From positions 1 through 64,000 of IMG/VR virus record IMGVR_UViG_3300042691_008788: a DNA stretch of 64,000 nt; one strand, given 5' to 3'. The stretch's first letter is position 1, and each line of letters starts with the position of its first letter. The DNA is from a virus. Below the pieces are notes generated by a model, which did not search any database, was not told where the DNA came from, and worked only from the letters and a program-made list of their open reading frames with translations. Shown in pieces: positions 1-8,374 of the stretch. A program made the position numbers and the translations under genes.

Positions 1-2
1 AG

Positions 3-209
3 TTTCCAAATAGATATGGTAGGGTTTGCATAAGAAGATACAAGTATAAAAACATACTTGGAAAGATGTTAAGAATACCACCAGAGCATTGGATGAAAGC
101 GATATATCTCCCAACATATCAATTTGTAGGGGCAAGGCCAAACAAGGTGTGGAACAAGGTGTACAGAATGATGAAGAGAAACGGTATGCCAGAAGCACCA
201 AAGGAATAA
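3..209 (+). CDS. DNA end protector protein (T4 gp2-like), 3' end only
   Basis: Translated by hand: ...CIRRYKYKNILGKMLRIPPEHWMKAIYLPTYQFVGARPNKVW...; matches the gp2 C-terminal pattern (C.RY...IP..W..A..LP...F...VW); sits next to baseplate genes. Confidence 0.75.
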   Translation, partial: FPNRYGRVCIRRYKYKNILGKMLRIPPEHWMKAIYLPTYQFVGARPNKVWNKVYRMMKRNGMPEAPKE

Positions 210-213
210 TAAA

Positions 214-1107
214 ATGCCAGATCCACTACCATTTGTAAGTAGAAACTCAAACTCACCTCAAGATAGTATTGGTCTATTGCAGGGTGGTGCGAATAGAGAT
301 GTTTCAGCACAGGCAACTGATGTCTATCAAAATCAATTGACCTTGACCAACATATACTTAAAGAGAGCAGAAGAACAACTTGAGCAATCTGTTGGTTACA
401 CAAAATACAAGACAGCGGTGCGTAGTAATATAGAACAACAAATGGCCCATATCGTAAATATGGGCGGTTATGCAAGACCCACAAGATTTCATCTTGAGTT
501 CACCGAGTTCAATCCGTATGTAAATGAGAGATTGTCTAGGAACTGCATGTCAACTAATCTGCCAGGTAGAGGACTTCAATCTCAGCCACTGAAGATATAT
601 GGTCCTCCTATGGAATATGTCTACGAAACCAACTACCAAAATGAACTTCAAATGACCTTTAGAGTTGGTTCTGACATGTTTGAACGAGTATTTTTCGAGG
701 ATTGGATGAACACAGCCTATTCGAACATAACGGCTGATGTCGAATATCCAGATGTCTACAGAAGAAGCCTTAAACTATATCAACTAGACATGCTTGATAA
801 AAAAGTTCTGTGTATGAGGCTTGATGATGTTTTCTGCAAGTCTGTTGGAGACATAGAACTAAGCACAGATGCATCTGATCAGATTGAAACAGTTACAGTA
901 ACTATGGGATACACTCAGTATCAGATAATAGGAAAAATGCGCGTTGCTCCAAAGGGAATAGCACCACCAGAACAATCGATACGCAAACCCATTTACCCAG
1001 GATCGATGCCACAGATACTACCACAACTTGGAAAAACAGATCCGACACTCACGGGAGAGCAAGAAGAAGTAATGGATATATTGAAGAATGCACTTAATGG
1101 AATATAA
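214..1107 (+). CDS. Tail tube-like / baseplate-tail tube initiator (gp54/gp19 family)
   Basis: ARPTRF, C.STNLPGR, FFEDWMN, YPDVY, IYQLD-like and final strand motifs of T4-like gp54/gp19; synteny gp2-gp54-gp26. Confidence 0.75.
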   Translation: MPDPLPFVSRNSNSPQDSIGLLQGGANRDVSAQATDVYQNQLTLTNIYLKRAEEQLEQSVGYTKYKTAVRSNIEQQMAHIVNMGGYARPTRFHLEFTEFNPYVNERLSRNCMSTNLPGRGLQSQPLKIYGPPMEYVYETNYQNELQMTFRVGSDMFERVFFEDWMNTAYSNITADVEYPDVYRRSLKLYQLDMLDKKVLCMRLDDVFCKSVGDIELSTDASDQIETVTVTMGYTQYQIIGKMRVAPKGIAPPEQSIRKPIYPGSMPQILPQLGKTDPTLTGEQEEVMDILKNALNGI

Positions 1108-1125
1108 TTGAAATGGAGTTACATT

Positions 1126-1827
1126 ATGGCACTGCCAACACTTAGCGTACCGAAATACCCAATCATAATACCATCAACAAAGAAGAAGACTAGATTCAGA
1201 CCGTTCCTAGTCAAGGAACAGAAATTGCTGTTCATGGCACTTGAAAGTGGAGATGAAACACACATGATAGATGCCATGTGCGATATCGTCTCTATCTGTG
1301 TCGATGGAGTCGATGACCCAAAGAAAATGCCTATATTCGATCTTGAATATCTGTTCGCAAAGATAAGATCGAAATCAGTGGGCGAGACAGTCACTCTCAA
1401 GGCAACATGTCCAGAGTGTGATGCAAAGCAGGATGTGGAGATAAATCTAGAAAATGTGGAGGTGGAATTCCCGTCAGAACACAACAATAAGATAATGTTG
1501 TCTGATGATGTTGGTCTGATTCTGAAATATCCAGCCTTGGGTGATGTAAAGCCAGAGATGAAGGAGATGAATTCTGAAAATATAGTCAACTTCATCTGTG
1601 ATTCTATAGATGTCGTATTTGATAAGGAAACGACATACACCAGAAAAGACTTTACTGATGATGAGATAAAGCAGTTTGTAGATTCAATGAATGCGGCACA
1701 GTTTGAGAAGATATCGGGTTTCTATTTGAACATGCCAAACCTGAAGAAGGAAATAGAATGCAAATGCAAGAGTTGCAGCCATGAGTTCAAAATAGTCTAT
1801 AAGGGTCTTCGCGATTTTTTTATCTAA
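1126..1827 (+). CDS. Baseplate hub assembly protein (T4 gp26-like)
   Basis: MALPTL.VPKY...PST.K...RPFLVKEQK.L, FDLEYLF.KIRSKSVGE, two CxxC pairs, ends GLRDFF; GGAG RBS before 1126. Confidence 0.9.
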   Translation: MALPTLSVPKYPIIIPSTKKKTRFRPFLVKEQKLLFMALESGDETHMIDAMCDIVSICVDGVDDPKKMPIFDLEYLFAKIRSKSVGETVTLKATCPECDAKQDVEINLENVEVEFPSEHNNKIMLSDDVGLILKYPALGDVKPEMKEMNSENIVNFICDSIDVVFDKETTYTRKDFTDDEIKQFVDSMNAAQFEKISGFYLNMPNLKKEIECKCKSCSHEFKIVYKGLRDFFI

Positions 1828-1853
1828 TACTCTGTCATGACAATGTGGGAAAC

Positions 1854-2021
1854 ATGTATCGGTGCAACTTCACCATGATGCAAAATCACCACTACTCGCT
1901 GACAGAGTTGGAAAACATGATTCCGTGGGAGAGGGAAGTATACATGAGTCTTCTCATTCAACACATAAAGGAAGAGAATGACAGACTCAAGCAACAGCAG
2001 GAAAAAATGAGAGCAAGGTAA
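1854..2021 (+). CDS. Baseplate hub assembly catalyst (T4 gp51-like); possibly made as a -1 frameshift extension of gp26
   Basis: Not in ORF track; translates MYRCNFTMMQNHHYSLTELENMIPWEREVYMSLLIQHIKEEN, the gp51 signature (HxYSLTELENMIPWER). Confidence 0.9.
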   Translation: MYRCNFTMMQNHHYSLTELENMIPWEREVYMSLLIQHIKEENDRLKQQQEKMRAR

Positions 2022-2025
2022 ATCA

Positions 2026-3948
2026 ATGGCACTACCATCACTTACACAGCAAAAAATGCAGGAAACTGATGACATAGAACTCATGAAGTATGTGAAGTAT
2101 AGTCTCAAAGAGTCTGTATCTACTTCATTGAAGTCAACGATGCTATCTCTACAGTCCATTCCAGCAAAGTCTCCATTGCTGAGAATGCTTGGTGGTGGAA
2201 TACTGGCTGAAAGAGCCGATATAAAGAAGCGAGAACTATTCGCAAGCCAAGGACGCGATCCAAACACTGGTAGAAAACTTACAAGAGCAGAAGTAGATGA
2301 AATAAACAACAGAAGAAAATCATATGGTGTGATGGGTGAAATACGAGATTCTGTGATAGCAATCTATGATATTCTTGAAAATGAAGGACCAAAAGAAAAA
2401 GACAAAAGCATACTTGCAGCGGAAGAACAAGCCAGTGAACTTGCCACACAGAATGAATTAATCAGGAAATCAGAAAGAAAGTTCTGGGAGGAGTTATTTG
2501 ACAAATACTTCTCTATTGGCGGAAGCGGTTTCGTAAGTCTGAGGTCTGGTATAGAGGCTGGTGGCGGTGGTGGCGGTGGTGGATTACTTTCAAATCTCTT
2601 CGGTGCTGGCATAGTCGCTGGCATAGTTGCTCTTACTGCCAGTGCGGCAGCAGCGGTTCTTCGTAGGCTGGGTATAAAAGTTCCAAAATCTATAAGTGAT
2701 AGGACAGTAGGAGCAAAAATAGGAAAGACTCCTAAAACAGAACCTATTGAAGCAAAACCAAAGTTAACAACGACAGAGCCAGAGGCAACAAGAACAAAAA
2801 CAGCACCAATAATAACAGATGATGAAGCAAGAACATTGCTAAGAAATCAGATTGATGCTCAGAACAAAGTAACCACAATTTCTAAAGAATTGGAGACTGC
2901 AACCAACACGGCAAACGCTAAACCTACAGGTCCAGATGTTCAAGATCAAATAAGAATCAAAAACATTGAAGAAAGACTTGGTTTTGCTAAAAATGAGTTG
3001 ATTGCTGCGGAGAATGCAGCAAAAAACGCTGGTGTGAGTGCAACAGAGGCAAGTCTAAAGGTAAGACAAAAGATAGTCACACCAGAAGGAAATATACCGC
3101 TACAAGGAGCGGCAGAATCATTTGAACAAGCGGGAAAAGCAGCAAAGATGCTGAAATTTCTCGGCAAAGCAGTTCCATTTGTTGGTCCTCTACTGATGGG
3201 TGGTGTTGGTGCTTATCAAGCGTATCAAGTAAGTCAGAGCGATATGACTGATGCTCAAAAAGCAATTGAATATAAGAGAATAGGAATATCAACGGGTAGT
3301 GGAATCGTAGGGGGTGAAATAGGTGCTGTACTAGGTGGATTGGTTGGTGCGCCATTTGGAGGGGTCGGCGCAATACCTGGAGCAATACTTGGTTCATATA
3401 TTGGTGCTGAACTTGGTCTTGCAGGCGGAAATTATTTTGCAGATGTATATGATTCATTATTTGGACCAGATGCATCAGAGTTGACACAAGAACAACTACA
3501 AAGAAGACAAAAACTACTTTTAGATACTGTCGGTACTCCTGGTGGCGGTGGTGGTATTAAGTACATTTACGATGAAGTTCTTCAATCACTTGATGCACAG
3601 AAAGACTTCTTCAAGTCTCTCGGCAATTGGTTTATTGGAAACGGATTTGTTCCAGATGCATCTGCACCCCAAACATTAGGATCAAATGCCTCATTTGGAA
3701 ACAAACCAATGATGGCTGCATCCTTTACATCACAGATGCCATCAAGTCAACAGATGATAGCAATGGACTTCATGCGTAGACAAAGTCAGGGAGTTGGTGG
3801 TGGAGTAAACATAATTGCTCCAACTACCGTAAACAACACCAATGCAACATCTAATGCGGCAATATCTACGAACCCAAGCGTAGAAAGAACGGGAGCAGAT
3901 TTACAGGGACTGATTTTCAGAAATCAATCAGCATATGCATTAGGTTAA
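2026..3948 (+). CDS. Baseplate hub / tail length determinant (gp29, tape-measure-like)
   Basis: Follows gp26-gp51; helical Ala/Gly-rich protein with glycine-zipper segments (GAVLGGLVGAPFGGVGAIPGAILG) and a C-terminal IIAPTTVNN motif. Confidence 0.65.
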   Translation: MALPSLTQQKMQETDDIELMKYVKYSLKESVSTSLKSTMLSLQSIPAKSPLLRMLGGGILAERADIKKRELFASQGRDPNTGRKLTRAEVDEINNRRKSYGVMGEIRDSVIAIYDILENEGPKEKDKSILAAEEQASELATQNELIRKSERKFWEELFDKYFSIGGSGFVSLRSGIEAGGGGGGGGLLSNLFGAGIVAGIVALTASAAAAVLRRLGIKVPKSISDRTVGAKIGKTPKTEPIEAKPKLTTTEPEATRTKTAPIITDDEARTLLRNQIDAQNKVTTISKELETATNTANAKPTGPDVQDQIRIKNIEERLGFAKNELIAAENAAKNAGVSATEASLKVRQKIVTPEGNIPLQGAAESFEQAGKAAKMLKFLGKAVPFVGPLLMGGVGAYQAYQVSQSDMTDAQKAIEYKRIGISTGSGIVGGEIGAVLGGLVGAPFGGVGAIPGAILGSYIGAELGLAGGNYFADVYDSLFGPDASELTQEQLQRRQKLLLDTVGTPGGGGGIKYIYDEVLQSLDAQKDFFKSLGNWFIGNGFVPDASAPQTLGSNASFGNKPMMAASFTSQMPSSQQMIAMDFMRRQSQGVGGGVNIIAPTTVNNTNATSNAAISTNPSVERTGADLQGLIFRNQSAYALG

Positions 3949-4352
3949 GAATAAAGTTCAACCATGCTCATGTCAAACTCATGGATGCCATCATCCATCG
4001 TGTAGTAGATCTTGTCAAAGACCTTTGCACACCATGGGAGACACTTTGGACAGGGACGCGAGATTCGCATCTGCCCAAAACTATTGAACCTGAAGTTCCA
4101 TAGTTCAAGACCTTCCTTCCTGTCGCATTTCAGGAAAGCATCAAGTTCGGAGTGAACCTCTCCAAAGAGATAGCCGTGCTTGACAGCCAGCGGGTGCGTC
4201 TTGAATCTATTGATGCCTACTGCGAGGATCTTGTTCTTGTGCAGGATGACGCTGCAATGCCGCTTCCGACGCGGGATCTCAAGACACTTGGCCTGAGCAA
4301 AGTCGATCAACTTGCGGTGTTTTTCGGGATCTATCATAATAAAGATCTTCAT
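3945..4352 (-). CDS. Cytidine/dCMP deaminase-like zinc protein
   Basis: HSE and SRPCPKC zinc-binding motifs (HxE...PCxxC). Confidence 0.8.
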   Translation of the reverse strand: MKIFIMIDPEKHRKLIDFAQAKCLEIPRRKRHCSVILHKNKILAVGINRFKTHPLAVKHGYLFGEVHSELDAFLKCDRKEGLELWNFRFNSFGQMRISRPCPKCLPWCAKVFDKIYYTMDDGIHEFDMSMVELYS

Positions 4353-4806
4353 TCAATCCCGACACTCTATTTATCGGGGTCGATTACAGACTCATCGAAA
4401 GATTCTTTTCGATTTCAAAAGAATGTTTAGAGCCACCTTGCCATGAGTCCGATCAATAGTAGCGTAAAGGCAGCAATGGCAATCACCCGCGCAATACCTA
4501 ACGCAACTATTTGTGTCTCATCTTCCTTACGCTTTCGTTCCTCAAGCCATCTATCGTAGTCTTCGTTCATTCCCATGAGAATACCTCCGTAAGATATAGG
4601 AGTCAAGCAAGTCACCAAAACAAATCTTTTGATCGTTTGTTTCAGAATCATATGCGTTCACCCTCAAAACATTTTTTCATCGACTTCCTTGACTTCCCTA
4701 AAGTAGACGATACTCTTGTGTCGATGAAGGTCATGGTGGCCTTCGAAGAGAACTTGTTGAGGGAGGGAGTCCTCGACGCATACATAATAGGAAGATTGGT
4801 GGTTTT

Positions 4807-5076
4807 GTGAAGTTGTTTCGCATGACGATAGATACTGATTCCAACCCAGATGACGATGCCCCCATCGTCAAAGGAAAGGATAGTACTGTCATGGAAGAGA
4901 AGGATGACTATGTTGGGCGTGTTTCCAATGAGAGGAAAGATGCTCTTGTGCATGACCTGATCCTTGTGGTCAAGTCTGCAATGACAAAGGTCAGTTCGCG
5001 GGATCAACTTTGGTGCGACATCATCAATAAGACCGAGAAGGACATCCGCCGCGTGGTGGATCAAGCGATCAAGTGA
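4807..5076 (+). CDS. Hypothetical protein
   Basis: ORF with phage-like codon usage in a co-directional cluster. Confidence 0.55.
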   Translation: MKLFRMTIDTDSNPDDDAPIVKGKDSTVMEEKDDYVGRVSNERKDALVHDLILVVKSAMTKVSSRDQLWCDIINKTEKDIRRVVDQAIK

Positions 5077-5088
5077 AGGAGATTCGTA

Positions 5089-5478
5089 ATGAAGATGGAA
5101 CTCGACCACAGGTTCGTGGCTGCATTCAAGACATTCATGGGCAGTCTGAACGAAATCGTAGGCAATGCAACGCAACAGAGAAGCACAGCCACCTATGAGG
5201 AGGGCTACAAGTATGTGCGGATCGTCGTTGCATCCGACAACAACGGAACCCCGTCCAAGACTGCATGGGGATTCATCGACAAGCGTTCGGGAGACATCTT
5301 CCGCGCTGCAAGTTGGAAGGCACCCTGCCTGAACCACATTCGCGGGAATCTTTATGACGAGAGCAATGGCCTCAAGCACTGCCATTGGACTGGTCCTGCG
5401 TACATATGGGAGATCAACGGGAAGGAGAAGGACGAAACCGTGGTTGTAACGACTGGCCCCGCAACGGAGGTTGTCTAA
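5089..5478 (+). CDS. Conserved phage hypothetical protein
   Basis: AAGGAG RBS; KYVRIV...WGFIDKRSGDIFRAASWKAP...RGN pattern seen widely in T4-like phages. Confidence 0.8.
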   Translation: MKMELDHRFVAAFKTFMGSLNEIVGNATQQRSTATYEEGYKYVRIVVASDNNGTPSKTAWGFIDKRSGDIFRAASWKAPCLNHIRGNLYDESNGLKHCHWTGPAYIWEINGKEKDETVVVTTGPATEVV

Positions 5479-5750
5479 TGTTTCGCCTTCATATTGATAT
5501 TCCCATTCCCGCTTCTGAAGAAGAGGCAATCGACAGCAGCAAGAGGATCATGGAACTTTTCCATTACATGATTCGTTCCAAGTCTTTCGGAAACTTTGAC
5601 ATCGAACAGATCAACTATCGTCTTGGTCACGATGAAGATCGTCAGAAGTCAAACTATCTCGACAAGAATGATAATGGACATGTCAGCAACAAGAAGTCAA
5701 AGATTGTTTTGACAAGACCATTGACAGCGGACGAAGCCGAGATAAAGTAG
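5478..5750 (+). CDS. Hypothetical protein
   Basis: TAATG coupling to the upstream gene, GGAGG RBS; MFRLHIDIP... Confidence 0.7.
   Translation: MFRLHIDIPIPASEEEAIDSSKRIMELFHYMIRSKSFGNFDIEQINYRLGHDEDRQKSNYLDKNDNGHVSNKKSKIVLTRPLTADEAEIK
5721..5748 (+). promoter_or_regulatory. Sigma70-like promoter ahead of the tRNA cluster
   Basis: TTGACA-N16-TAAAGT just upstream of tRNA-Ile. Confidence 0.55.
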
Positions 5751-5765
5751 TGGGGTCAAAGAAAC

Positions 5766-5840
5766 GCGCCGTGGGAGGTCTTGGCATCCTCAGTTCGATT
5801 TATAACCGAATAAGAGTTGGTTCGAATCCAACACGGCGTA
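5766..5840 (+). tRNA. tRNA-Ile (UAU)
   Basis: Acceptor GCGCCGT/ACGGCGT, T-arm GTTGG-TTCGAAT-CCAAC, anticodon loop TT-TAT-AA (one stem mismatch). Confidence 0.75.
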
Positions 5841-5909
5841 CTCAACATCATGAGTGAAACGAATCGCCACTCAGGTGTTTCAAACTTTGCGATTCAAAGG
5901 AGCATGTAG

Positions 5910-6239
5910 ATGTTTGGTTTCAATAGCAATAGCGTGTTCAAGTTCGTGGGAGCGGCAAGCGCAGCGGGTTTCCTCTGGTTCACCTTCCTTTCTCCCGAAA
6001 CTGTCAATGCAGAGCAGAAGGCAAACTACTGCCTGATCGCATTCTTCGCGTCACTCGCTGTGTATTACTACTCGCGTTTCTCGCAGGAGTGCAAGCACAT
6101 CGAACAGGACGGAATGTGGCGGCGTTGTGATGACATTGAGCGGGAACAGAGTCAAGAGATCGGTCGCCTTTGGGACAAGATCAACAATCTTGAGTCGCAG
6201 TGTGATGGTGGTGCTTGCCCAAGCAAGCGTGGTCGCTGA
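5910..6239 (+). CDS. Small membrane protein (two TM helices plus coiled coil)
   Basis: AGGAG RBS; two hydrophobic stretches. Confidence 0.7.
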   Translation: MFGFNSNSVFKFVGAASAAGFLWFTFLSPETVNAEQKANYCLIAFFASLAVYYYSRFSQECKHIEQDGMWRRCDDIEREQSQEIGRLWDKINNLESQCDGGACPSKRGR

Positions 6240-6310
6240 CATGTCGGGTGGGGTCTGACCCCCTAGCGTCAGCAGAGGGTGAGCGCATTCTGCAAATAAC
6301 GCTCGTTCAT

Positions 6311-6381
6311 GCGGGTATGATGTAGCGGCAACATGTGAGTTTTCCAAACTTTCCTCACGGGTTCGAATCCCGTTACCCGCT
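6311..6381 (+). tRNA. tRNA-Gly (UCC)
   Basis: Acceptor GCGGGTA/TACCCGC; loop TT-TCC-AA; GGTTCGAATCC. Confidence 0.9.
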
Positions 6382-6384
6382 TCT

Positions 6385-6457
6385 GCGTGTTTCAGTGTGT
6401 GATGCTGACTAGGATTACTGTTGTGATTGAGCATGGGTGCAAGCCCCACGACACGCT
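6385..6457 (+). tRNA. Degenerate tRNA-like element (anticodon unclear)
   Basis: Acceptor GCGTGTT/GACACGC and T-like arm TGGG-TGCAAGC-CCCA; anticodon arm does not give a canonical 7-nt loop. Confidence 0.45.
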
Positions 6458-6462
6458 TTATT

Positions 6463-6549
6463 GGAAGGTTGTCCGAGTGGTTGAAGGAGCAGCATTGGAA
6501 ATGCTGTGTGCGCGTTAGTGTACCGTGGGTTCGAATCCCACATCTTCCG
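6463..6549 (+). tRNA. tRNA-Ser (GGA)
   Basis: CAGCA-TTGGAAA-TGCTG, long variable arm, GGTTCGAATCC. Confidence 0.95.
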
Positions 6550-6556
6550 TTTACAT

Positions 6557-6628
6557 TGGTCTGTAGCACAACGGTTGTGCAATCCGCTGTTAACGGATCG
6601 GTTATAGGTTCGAATCCTATCAGACCAG
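6557..6628 (+). tRNA. tRNA-Asn (GUU)
   Basis: ATCCG-CTGTTAA-CGGAT; acceptor TGGTCTG/CAGACCA. Confidence 0.93.
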
Positions 6629-6631
6629 TTT

Positions 6632-6713
6632 GGTTGTGTACTCAAGCGGCAACGAGGTTTGACTGTAAATCAAATGCCATTCGGCTTCAGGGGTTCGAGT
6701 CCCTTCGCAACCA
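6632..6713 (+). tRNA. tRNA-Tyr (GUA)
   Basis: TTTGA-CTGTAAA-TCAAA, long variable arm. Confidence 0.93.
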
Positions 6714-6716
6714 CTA

Positions 6717-6788
6717 GCCACTTTAGCACAGAGGTAGTGCGTCATATTTGTAATGTGAATGTCGTGAGTTCGAATCTCACAAGTGGCT
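6717..6788 (+). tRNA. tRNA-Thr (UGU)
   Basis: TCATA-TTTGTAA-TGTGA; acceptor GCCACTT/AAGTGGC. Confidence 0.93.
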
Positions 6789-6793
6789 TTCAC

Positions 6794-6865
6794 GGTCCTA
6801 TCGTCTAAGGGTCAGGACAGGACACTTTCAATGTCCCAATCGGGGTTCGAATCCCCGTAGGATCA
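6794..6865 (+). tRNA. tRNA-Glu (UUC)
   Basis: GGACA-CTTTCAA-TGTCC; acceptor GGTCCTA/TAGGATC. Confidence 0.93.
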
Positions 6866-6872
6866 TTCTTCC

Positions 6873-7235
6873 ATGCCATGTTATGCTATCTCAATCCGTG
6901 AAGACAAACAGCACCTATTGAAGGACAATGGAGGTTTTTTGTTTTTCAGGAAGAAAAGCCTTGCAGACGGAGTGTGTGAATCGATGAACATGCTCAGAAA
7001 AAGCATGAAACTTGACCAAGTATATTCCGTCTGCAAGGTTGATGAAAAAGATTGGAAAGGTCTTCCAATAATCTACGATCAGGAGTACGAAAATGACACT
7101 TCCGCAGGAAATGTTTCAGGCTATACGAAACGCGCGGCACTTCATGGTGGCTCTGATGGATCCGACACAGACACCAAAGGTTCCAAAGGCAGTAAGACAA
7201 AGAGCAAGGGATCGACTCAAGCACTTCCCTTCTGA
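6873..7235 (+). CDS. Hypothetical protein
   Basis: ORF immediately after the tRNA cluster; 3' tail overlaps the next gene. Confidence 0.55.
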   Translation: MPCYAISIREDKQHLLKDNGGFLFFRKKSLADGVCESMNMLRKSMKLDQVYSVCKVDEKDWKGLPIIYDQEYENDTSAGNVSGYTKRAALHGGSDGSDTDTKGSKGSKTKSKGSTQALPF

Positions 7236-7416
7236 ATACGAAATCAATGAGTTGGAAAAGATGCACTCTCTGATGGGACGAGATCCAAACATTCTTCTCA
7301 ATGAGTGTATGAAGGGTCTTGACTCCATCCGTGGAGAACTTACCATAGTGAACAAGCGAGTGAATGATGTCGGCAACGGCATCATCGAAACGATCAAGAA
7401 CACAGCAAGGAGTTGA
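7093..7416 (+). CDS. Conserved phage hypothetical protein (MTLP...TPKVP..VR..A...LKHFP family)
   Basis: AGGAG RBS; recognisable conserved motif. Confidence 0.75.
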   Translation: MTLPQEMFQAIRNARHFMVALMDPTQTPKVPKAVRQRARDRLKHFPSEYEINELEKMHSLMGRDPNILLNECMKGLDSIRGELTIVNKRVNDVGNGIIETIKNTARS

Positions 7417-7417
7417 G

Positions 7418-7690
7418 ATGCCAAACAGCAAAGCAAAGAACGCCGCACGAAAGCACCGCAAGTCTCGCAATCGTTGGAAGGCCAAGCACCGCGAGGGTCT
7501 TGCTCTCGCCAAGGACAAGACTCCGAAGCCGAAGAAGAAGGTTTCTGTCTTTGAACGCGCAAAGGCAGCAATGGAAATATCCTCTCTGTCGGGGGCATCC
7601 CCGTCTGCCGTATCTAACCCGACAGAGAGGACTCCACGCCGCACCGCATCGATGATGACATTCGATGAACTCAGAGCCAACAAGGGCTGA
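7418..7690 (+). CDS. Basic hypothetical protein
   Basis: AAGGAG RBS; K/R-rich. Confidence 0.65.
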   Translation: MPNSKAKNAARKHRKSRNRWKAKHREGLALAKDKTPKPKKKVSVFERAKAAMEISSLSGASPSAVSNPTERTPRRTASMMTFDELRANKG

Positions 7691-7796
7691 AATGCAAAGA
7701 ACACTCTACGCTTGGAACAAGAAGCCGACTCATGCATCCGAAGAGAATCGGGGCGTGAAGACCAAGGCATGGAACGGAACAATTGGGAGAACAAAG

Positions 7797-8063
7797 ATGC
7801 TAGACCGTACACAGATCGTTGAATCACTTCATAGCGGAATCTGCGAAGTTGCCTTCACCAAGGCCGATGGCACCGAGCGTGTGATGAAATGCACACTTTC
7901 AAAGTCATACCTTCCACCCGACACTCGACAAGTTCTTACTGAGGATGGACCAAGGAATCCAAACATCGTGAATGTTTGGGATACTGAAGCCAATGGTTGG
8001 AGGTCTTTCGCCATCGACCGCGTGAAGTCCTTCAATCGTGTCGGCTCACTGCTGAACGGATGA
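7797..8063 (+). CDS. WYL_2/SH3-like (DUF2693-type) protein
   Basis: V.FTKADGTER.M.CTL ... VWD.E..GWRSF motif. Confidence 0.8.
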   Translation: MLDRTQIVESLHSGICEVAFTKADGTERVMKCTLSKSYLPPDTRQVLTEDGPRNPNIVNVWDTEANGWRSFAIDRVKSFNRVGSLLNG

Positions 8064-8069
8064 TTTACT

Positions 8070-8142
8070 GCCCCTCTAACTCAATTGGCAGAGTATCGAA
8101 CTTTTAATTCGTCGGTTGTGGGTTCAAGTCCCACGGGGGGCA
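8070..8142 (+). tRNA. tRNA-Lys (UUU)
   Basis: CGAA-CTTTTAA-TTCG; GGTTCAAGTCC. Confidence 0.92.
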
Positions 8143-8144
8143 TT

Positions 8145-8318
8145 ATGCGTAAGATGAAGCAGAAGAAGGCAGAGACAGAGAAGGTCGAAGTTGAGGTGAA
8201 CATCTCAGACGAGACTATGCTTATCATTGCAAGATACGCACACTCGCGAGATATCACAATCAACGAAGCCATCAATGAACTTCTATGGAAACACATAGAG
8301 TCTTTGGAGAAGAAGTGA
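8145..8318 (+). CDS. Small hypothetical, possibly ribbon-helix-helix-like
   Basis: V.V.ISDE...IA..AH.RDITINE pattern. Confidence 0.55.
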   Translation: MRKMKQKKAETEKVEVEVNISDETMLIIARYAHSRDITINEAINELLWKHIESLEKK

Positions 8319-8374
8319 AACAACGGCGCGGTAGACTTTCTCGGATTCATAAATAAGCATGGAGGTTTGAATCC

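Noticed and set aside
6051-6717. ORFs overlapping the tRNA cluster (6051-6569 -, 6415-6645 -, 6427-6717 +)
   Set aside because: Spurious translations of tRNA genes.
8324-8346. GGCGCGGTAGACT... as the 5' half of a tRNA split by the HNH gene or a group I intron
   Set aside because: No matching anticodon arm, T-arm or intron core could be found downstream.
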